Part shown: piece by piece, positions 57,057 to 62,720 of the stretch
Layout: the number at the start of each line of letters is the position of its first letter
Position numbering within the stretch: position 1 is the stretch's first letter
DNA from: Nitriliruptorales bacterium
Lineage (GTDB): Bacteria; Actinomycetota; Nitriliruptoria; Euzebyales; JAHELV01
Assembly: GCA_024644015.1 (NCBI GenBank)
Contig: JAHELV010000020.1
Location: 1 to 62,720 of the forward strand
Reading direction: 5' to 3'
DNA: 62,720 bases
The notes under the pieces: generated by a model
Databases searched by the model: none
What the model was told of the DNA's origin: nothing
Seen by the model: the letters and a program-made list of their open reading frames with translations, nothing else
Translations under genes and position numbers: made by a program

Positions 57057-57668
57057 ATGCCACCCATTAGTGAAAAAATTCTCAAGGACCATGGGGACAG
57101 CGTCGACGGCACGCGCACCCGCATCATCGACGCCGCGCGCCGCTGCTTCTACCGCGACGGCATCACCGCGACCGGGGTCGACACCCTCGCCGACGAGGCG
57201 GGTGTGTCCAAGCGCACGCTGTACAACCAGTTCGGCAGCAAGGACGGGCTGATCACCGCGTACCTCCAGCGCCGTGAGGACCGGTGGCGGCGCAAGCTGG
57301 TCGATCGGCTCGAGAAGACGAGCGACGACCCGATCGAGCGCGTTCTGGCGTACGTGGACGGCTACGCCGATCCGCCGGAAGACGAGGAGTTCCGCGGCTG
57401 CGCAATGGTCAACGCCGCTGCCGAGCTGGTCGACGACAAGCACCCCGCCCTCGGGGTCATCCGCAGCTCGCTCGACAACATCGAGCGCGGGATTCAGACG
57501 ATTCTGGCCGAGGCTGGTGTCACCGAGTCCGAGAAGGTCGCCGCCCAGGTGCTGCTCGCGCTCGAGGGCTCGCTCAACGTCGCGGGCATCCGGCGGTCCG
57601 ACGAAGCGTTCGACTGCGCCCAGTCCCTGATCATCGAGGTCGTCAGCCGGCACCTCCCGAGCGCGTAG
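57057..57668 (+). CDS. TetR/AcrR-family regulator
   Basis: GITATGVDTLADEAGVSKRTLYNQFGSKDGLI, FRGCAMVNAAAE. Confidence 0.93.
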   Translation: MPPISEKILKDHGDSVDGTRTRIIDAARRCFYRDGITATGVDTLADEAGVSKRTLYNQFGSKDGLITAYLQRREDRWRRKLVDRLEKTSDDPIERVLAYVDGYADPPEDEEFRGCAMVNAAAELVDDKHPALGVIRSSLDNIERGIQTILAEAGVTESEKVAAQVLLALEGSLNVAGIRRSDEAFDCAQSLIIEVVSRHLPSA

Positions 57669-57747
57669 CCGCAACGCAGCACAACCTGTCGGTCGCGTGA
57701 AGCCGGCGTTCTCTTTCGACTGCCGGCGATCGGGGAAGGCTGCGCGC

Positions 57748-59121
57748 ATGGCTTACGCAACGATCAACCCCGCCACGGGGGAAACGCTCAAGACATACGA
57801 CGATCACGACGACGCTGAGCTCGATCGCAGACTGGCCGCCGCCGACGACGCCCACCGCCAGCTCAAGAGCACGTCGTTCGACGACCGCGCCCGCTGGATG
57901 CGCGCGGCCGCCGCCATGGTCGACACCGAGGTCGACGCCACCGCGCGCACGATGACGACCGAGATGGGCAAGACGCTGGCCGCAGCGAAGGCCGAGGTCC
58001 GCAAGTGCGCGTCGGCGATGCGCTTCTACGCCGAGCACACCGAGCGGTTCCTGGCCGACGTCGAGTACGACGCCGCCGCGGTCAACGCGCGCCGCGCGCT
58101 CACGATCTATCAACCTCTCGGCACCGTGCTGGCGATCATGCCCTGGAACTTCCCGCTGTGGCAGGCCGTCCGGTTCGCCGCGCCCGCGCTGATGGCGGGC
58201 AACACCGGCGTGCTCAAGCATGCATCCAACGTGCCGCAGACCGCGGAGTACCTGGGGCAGCTGTTTGGACGCGCCGGCTTCCCCGACGGTGCGTTCCAGC
58301 ACCTGTTCGTTGCCAGCGACCGCATCGAGGGGGTCATCGCCGACGACCGGATCCGGGCGGTCACGCTGACCGGCAGTGAGGGCGCCGGACGGGCGGTCGC
58401 TGCCGCCGCCGGGGCGCACCTGAAGAAGACGGTCCTAGAGCTCGGCGGCTCCGACCCGTTCGTCGTCATGCCGAGCGCCGACCTCGATGAGGCCGCGAAG
58501 GTCGCGACAACCGCCCGGTGCCAGAACAACGGGCAGAGCTGCATCGCGGCGAAGCGCTTCATCGTCCACGCCGACTGCTACGACGAGTTCGCCGAGCTGT
58601 TCGCGCAGCGGATGGCGGACCAGACGGTCGGCGACCCGATGGACGACACCACCGACATCGGGCCGCTGGCCACCAGGGACGGGCGCACCGACGTCTCCGA
58701 CGCGGTCGGCGAGGCCGTCGACAGCGGCGCGAAGGTGCTCGTCGGCGGTACGCCACCGGACGCGGCCGGCTGGTGGTACCCGCCGACGGTCGTCACCGAC
58801 GTTGCCGAGGGTACGACCATGTACGACGACGAGGTCTTCGGCCCCGTCGCGGGACTGTTCAAGGTCGGCGGCTACGACGAGGCGATCGACCTGGCCAACG
58901 CGGTGGCGTTCGGCCTCGGCTCGAACGCGTGGACCAACGACGCGGCCGAGCAGGAGGCGTTCGCACGCGACCTCGACGCCGGCATGGTGTTCATCAACGG
59001 GATGACCACGTCGTATCCGCAGCTGCCGTTCGGCGGCATCGGGACGTCCGGGTACGGCCGTGAGCTGTCGGATCTTGGGATCAAGGAGTTCTGCAACGCC
59101 AAGACGGTGTGGGTGGGCTGA
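57748..59121 (+). CDS. gabD: NADP-dependent succinate-semialdehyde dehydrogenase (GabD1/Sad-like)
   Basis: [51 protein letters not shown]. Confidence 0.9.
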   Translation: MAYATINPATGETLKTYDDHDDAELDRRLAAADDAHRQLKSTSFDDRARWMRAAAAMVDTEVDATARTMTTEMGKTLAAAKAEVRKCASAMRFYAEHTERFLADVEYDAAAVNARRALTIYQPLGTVLAIMPWNFPLWQAVRFAAPALMAGNTGVLKHASNVPQTAEYLGQLFGRAGFPDGAFQHLFVASDRIEGVIADDRIRAVTLTGSEGAGRAVAAAAGAHLKKTVLELGGSDPFVVMPSADLDEAAKVATTARCQNNGQSCIAAKRFIVHADCYDEFAELFAQRMADQTVGDPMDDTTDIGPLATRDGRTDVSDAVGEAVDSGAKVLVGGTPPDAAGWWYPPTVVTDVAEGTTMYDDEVFGPVAGLFKVGGYDEAIDLANAVAFGLGSNAWTNDAAEQEAFARDLDAGMVFINGMTTSYPQLPFGGIGTSGYGRELSDLGIKEFCNAKTVWVG

Positions 59122-59953
59122 GCCGGTACGACGCCAGCCTGACCTCCGCGGTCACCTGCAGCGGCGTCCGCAGGGCCGCGACGCGCTGGGCCACGTCGGC
59201 GGGAGCGGTGTGCCATGCGTTCGGTCCCATCGCGACGACCGCGGTGATGTCGTCACCGGTCAGCGTCATGTCGAACCGGTGCACCTGCTCGTCGGTGAGC
59301 CGGAAGCGCCCCGCCAGCGCACGGTCGAGGCGTTCGCGTTTGTGCTCGTCGACCGTCAGCAGGTCCAATGCGGCCACGAGTTGCCAAAGATGCCGCGCGG
59401 TGGGCGTCACGACCAGCAACGCACCGCCCGGGGCGAGGATCCGAGCCAGTTCGGCGCCGTCACGCGGCGCGAAGATGCTCAGCGCCAGCGCCGCCGCGTC
59501 GTCGAGCACCGGTAGTCGGCGCCATGCGTCACAGACCACGACACCCAGACGGTCGTGGGCTCGGGCGGCCCGCCGCGCCGCATGCTTCGACAGGTCCAGC
59601 GCCAGTCCGCGGCGGCCGCTCAGCGCGTCCAGCACCCGAGCCACGTAGTACCCGGTCCCGGCGCCCAGATCCAGCACGCAGCCGTCGTCGGGCAGCGACA
59701 GCGCTGCCGCACGCGTGACGATGCTCGTCACCAGCGGGGCATAGTGCCCGGCGGCGAGGAAGTCCGCTCGTGCGGCGACCATGGCCGCCGTGTCAGCGGT
59801 GCCGGTCCGCGCGTCACCGGGCAGCAGGTTGACGTAGCCCTGCCGGGCGATGTCGAAGCTGTGGCCGGCGACGCACACGAGCACGCGGTCGGCGATGGCG
59901 AGGCCCGCGTGGCAGTGCGGGCACGCCAGCAGGTCGACGACGTCAGCCCGCAC
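59081..59953 (-). CDS. RlmA-family 23S rRNA m1G methyltransferase-like (MyrA/TlrB-like)
   Basis: LACPHC...CVAGHSFDIARQGYVNLL, MVAARADFLAAGHY, LDLGAGTGYY, IFAPR, MGPNAWH. Confidence 0.85.
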   Translation of the reverse strand: MRADVVDLLACPHCHAGLAIADRVLVCVAGHSFDIARQGYVNLLPGDARTGTADTAAMVAARADFLAAGHYAPLVTSIVTRAAALSLPDDGCVLDLGAGTGYYVARVLDALSGRRGLALDLSKHAARRAARAHDRLGVVVCDAWRRLPVLDDAAALALSIFAPRDGAELARILAPGGALLVVTPTARHLWQLVAALDLLTVDEHKRERLDRALAGRFRLTDEQVHRFDMTLTGDDITAVVAMGPNAWHTAPADVAQRVAALRTPLQVTAEVRLASYRLSPPTPSWRCRTP

Positions 59954-61334
59954 GGTCCACGTCGAACTCGCGGACGGCGAAGCGGTCGATCGCGTGGCCC
60001 TCGGCCGCCACCGAAACGGTGTGCTCTCCGTCGAAACCGACGACGAGATCGGTGAGGCACACCCGCCCGTCCTGCGCGAACACCTCGACCGATGCGCGGT
60101 CGACCAGCACATCGATGTCGACGCGGCCGCCGCGCGGCGCAACGGCGGCGTGATGTGCGGCAGCGAAGGCCCCACCGATCGATGCGGCGGCCGCGCCGGT
60201 GCGATCCAGCGTCACCGCACCGACATCGGCGTCGTAGTCGACCCGCACGCACGCACGTCCGGCTCGCAGGACGACCGCGACATCACCAGTGGCCGCGCCG
60301 ACCCGGATCCATGCAGCGCCGGTGTGCAGCGCCATCGGCTGCGACGTGGGTTCGACCGCCGGCGCCAGGTGGGCCGACAGCTCGGCGGCGGGACGCTGAG
60401 CGAGGACGCACCCACCGTCATCGTCCTCCAGGCCCAGCTCCCGCGGCAGCGTCATCTGTCCGCGCCACCCGACCGCCGGCACCCGGTCCGCGTAGTCCCA
60501 GTTGCTCATCCACGCGATCCACATCCGCCGACCATCCGAGACGGCCGACCATGTCTGCGCCGCGTAGAAGTCCGCACCATGGTCAACCCAGCGGGCGGGG
60601 ATCGCCGGGTCGGCGGTGAACGTCTCACCGTCGAAGTCACCGACCCAGTAGCGGGTGGCCGATCCGCCCGCGGGACCGCCGGACGCTGCGCCGGCCGTCA
60701 GCACCCAGCGCTGATCGGACGTGTCCGCAACGGGCAGACAGAACAGGTCCGGCGTCTCCCACAGCCCACGGTCGGCACGCCGTGGGACGAACACGCCGGC
60801 CGGTGCCCACGTGAGCAGGTCGTGCGAGGTGTACAGCCGAATGTGGGGACCGGCCGCCAGAACCATCACCCAGTGGCCGTCTTTGGACCCGCCGTGCCAG
60901 AACACCTTGGGGTCGCGGAAGTCGGGCACGCCGGCAGGCTGTTGCAGCACCGGGTTTCCGTCATGGATGCGCCAGCTCCGGCCACGATCAGTTGACCATG
61001 CAACGCTCTGCGACTGGGTCGAGGGCGTGAACTGCGTGTAGACCGCGACGAGCGCGTCGCCACCGAAGCCCGCGGTGTCGTCGCGGTCGACGACGGTGGA
61101 GCCCGAGTAGATGGTCCCGTGCTCGTCGGGGTGCAGGGCGATCGGCAGGTCGGTCCAGCATACGAGGTCGGTGCTCACCGCATGCCCCCAGTGCATGGGA
61201 CCGAACTGCACGGAGTGCGGATGATGTTGATAGAACATGTGGTATTCGCCGTCGTGGTACACGAGCCCGTTCGGATCATTCAGCCATCCCGACGGGGGCG
61301 TGTAGTGCACCACGGGCCGCTGCGGATCGGTCAT
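59943..61334 (-). CDS. GH32 beta-fructosidase/levanase
   Basis: WLNDPNG, WGHAVS, YSGS, FRDP, WETPD, DFYA, WMSNWDY. Confidence 0.92.
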   Translation of the reverse strand: MTDPQRPVVHYTPPSGWLNDPNGLVYHDGEYHMFYQHHPHSVQFGPMHWGHAVSTDLVCWTDLPIALHPDEHGTIYSGSTVVDRDDTAGFGGDALVAVYTQFTPSTQSQSVAWSTDRGRSWRIHDGNPVLQQPAGVPDFRDPKVFWHGGSKDGHWVMVLAAGPHIRLYTSHDLLTWAPAGVFVPRRADRGLWETPDLFCLPVADTSDQRWVLTAGAASGGPAGGSATRYWVGDFDGETFTADPAIPARWVDHGADFYAAQTWSAVSDGRRMWIAWMSNWDYADRVPAVGWRGQMTLPRELGLEDDDGGCVLAQRPAAELSAHLAPAVEPTSQPMALHTGAAWIRVGAATGDVAVVLRAGRACVRVDYDADVGAVTLDRTGAAAASIGGAFAAAHHAAVAPRGGRVDIDVLVDRASVEVFAQDGRVCLTDLVVGFDGEHTVSVAAEGHAIDRFAVREFDVDRAG

Positions 61335-61550
61335 CGCCGAGCCACGGTAGCGGCAAGCGGATGCTAGCGTTGGCGACACCACGGACGGGCTGGATCCGTC
61401 ATGGCGCCGGGACCGAACGTCGCGCGGTACTCCACGAAGTTGGGTTGTTGTGGGCCTTCGGCAGATGGTCAGCGCGGTCTCTGGCGTGTCGCGCACGGAC
61501 GGTCAGGCCGCCTCCTACTGGCGCGTCCGGTCGGCTCTGACTCCTGGCAC

Positions 61551-62714
61551 ATGAGCTGGGAGGAGCCAACTGAGCCACGTCGTCGCTGGCGCACGTTCAC
61601 CGGCGTAGTGGTCGCCGTACTGCTTGTTGCCGTCGGCGCTGCCGCGCTCACCGGATCGGACGAGCCGACCGCGCTGCTGCCCGTCACGCAGGTGGACGAC
61701 CCGCTCGTGACCGACGGCGCGAACACCGGACCACAATTCGAAACGGCTCGCATCGACCCGGTGGAGACGTCGAGAAGCGTCAACGGCAGCGGACCACTGC
61801 TGCCGGGGGGCCCGCCGCTGACCGTCGTGGCCGCGGACTTCGCGAGCCGTCTGCAGTTCGTGGACATCGCATCCGGCGATGTTCGCAGCGTCCGGTTGTT
61901 CGCTGACGCCGGCCGGGGTCGACCGCACACCTTGGAGGTCGTCGGCGACAGCGTGATCCTGAACACCGACGGCGGTACGGTCGTCCGGCTCGCTAACGGC
62001 GAGGAACGAGCCCTGGTGCTCGCGCGCAACCACCGGTTGATCACGACGGCGGATCCCACGTCGGTGTGGGTGTACGACGGTCTGGCCACCGGCGTTGGCG
62101 GCGCAGCGACCAGGATCGGGTTCGACGACACGCTCCACGAGACCGTCGGGCTGCCGGCGTTGGCGTACCCACTGGCCGGCACGGCCGACGGCCTGCTCGT
62201 CGGCGCAGCGGGCACCATCAGCTGGATCGACGGCGACGGGTCGCACCGGGCGGTCGCACGCGGTCAGGCGCTCGCGAGCGACGGCGACAGACTGGCCCGT
62301 CTCGACTGCACCGACGATCTTTCGTGCGCCGTTGTCGCCGGCACCGTGGACGATCCCGACCAGATGCGCGCAGCACTGCGGCCGGACGATGTCCCCGCCG
62401 GGCTGTACGACGTCCCGCACGGCCGGTTCTCGCCAGACGGACGTTGGCTCGCGCTGCCGGTGTATCGGGCCCGGCGCACTGGGGCCGTCGAATCGACGAG
62501 CGTCGTTGTCTTCGACCTCGCGCTCGGTGCGGAGGCATTCCGCACGGAAGGCTCGGCGCTGACCGCACCTGCAACGCCCCTCGGATGGTCTCCGGACAGC
62601 GGTTATCTGGTCGTCAGCACGGGAACCAGGCTGCTGGCGTGGAGTACGACGACGTTCCAGGTCACCGAGCTCGACGTGCGCGTGTCACCAACCTATGCAC
62701 TGGTCGTCCGCTGA
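61551..62714 (+). CDS. Membrane-anchored hypothetical protein with beta-propeller-like repeats
   Basis: N-terminal TM, FSPDGRWLA, WSPDSGYL. Confidence 0.7.
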   Translation: MSWEEPTEPRRRWRTFTGVVVAVLLVAVGAAALTGSDEPTALLPVTQVDDPLVTDGANTGPQFETARIDPVETSRSVNGSGPLLPGGPPLTVVAADFASRLQFVDIASGDVRSVRLFADAGRGRPHTLEVVGDSVILNTDGGTVVRLANGEERALVLARNHRLITTADPTSVWVYDGLATGVGGAATRIGFDDTLHETVGLPALAYPLAGTADGLLVGAAGTISWIDGDGSHRAVARGQALASDGDRLARLDCTDDLSCAVVAGTVDDPDQMRAALRPDDVPAGLYDVPHGRFSPDGRWLALPVYRARRTGAVESTSVVVFDLALGAEAFRTEGSALTAPATPLGWSPDSGYLVVSTGTRLLAWSTTTFQVTELDVRVSPTYALVVR

Positions 62715-62720
62715 GTCGTT

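Overview
High-GC bacterial chromosomal window, most likely an actinobacterium (inferred from gene order, GTG/leaderless starts and a DosS-type kinase; the exact lineage cannot be fixed from sequence alone). (1) 1-6.6 kb: DosR-regulon-like dormancy cluster with a collapsed P-type ATPase, three CBS proteins, two USPs and a GAF-GAF DosS-like kinase. (2) 6.7-19.3 kb: ATP-dependent PEP carboxykinase, a CE7-like esterase and a cyclic-nucleotide module: a cNMP-binding protein, a cNMP-acyltransferase fusion, and two catalytically degenerate membrane cyclases flanking an MscS-cNMP channel. (3) 19.3-39.7 kb: conserved core with tRNA-Ala(CGC), sepX/glpR-like, mogA/moaB, moaC, moeA, galU, a GGDEF protein, 5-FTHF cyclo-ligase, fmdB, MTAP, SAF, uppP, FAH, tldD/E, purKE and a PspC two-component locus. 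(4) 39.7-57 kb: accessory region starting at tRNA-Arg(CCT). It has a 33/35-identical copy of the tRNA 3' end at 52.75 kb, phased arm-like repeats, many gene relics and no integrase. It also carries an unnamed, co-oriented intergenic repeat (consensus about GACCAyCssA-N4-6-CCGG(C)ATGTC) with a covarying stem that separates the cargo genes like cassette sites. (5) 57-62.7 kb: TetR, gabD, an RlmA-like methyltransferase, a GH32 and a membrane-anchored protein. The best candidates for an undescribed system are the repeat-delimited cassette-like array and the dual pseudo-cyclase/cNMP-MscS/cNMP-acyltransferase module. All calls come from reading motifs by eye; no searches were run.
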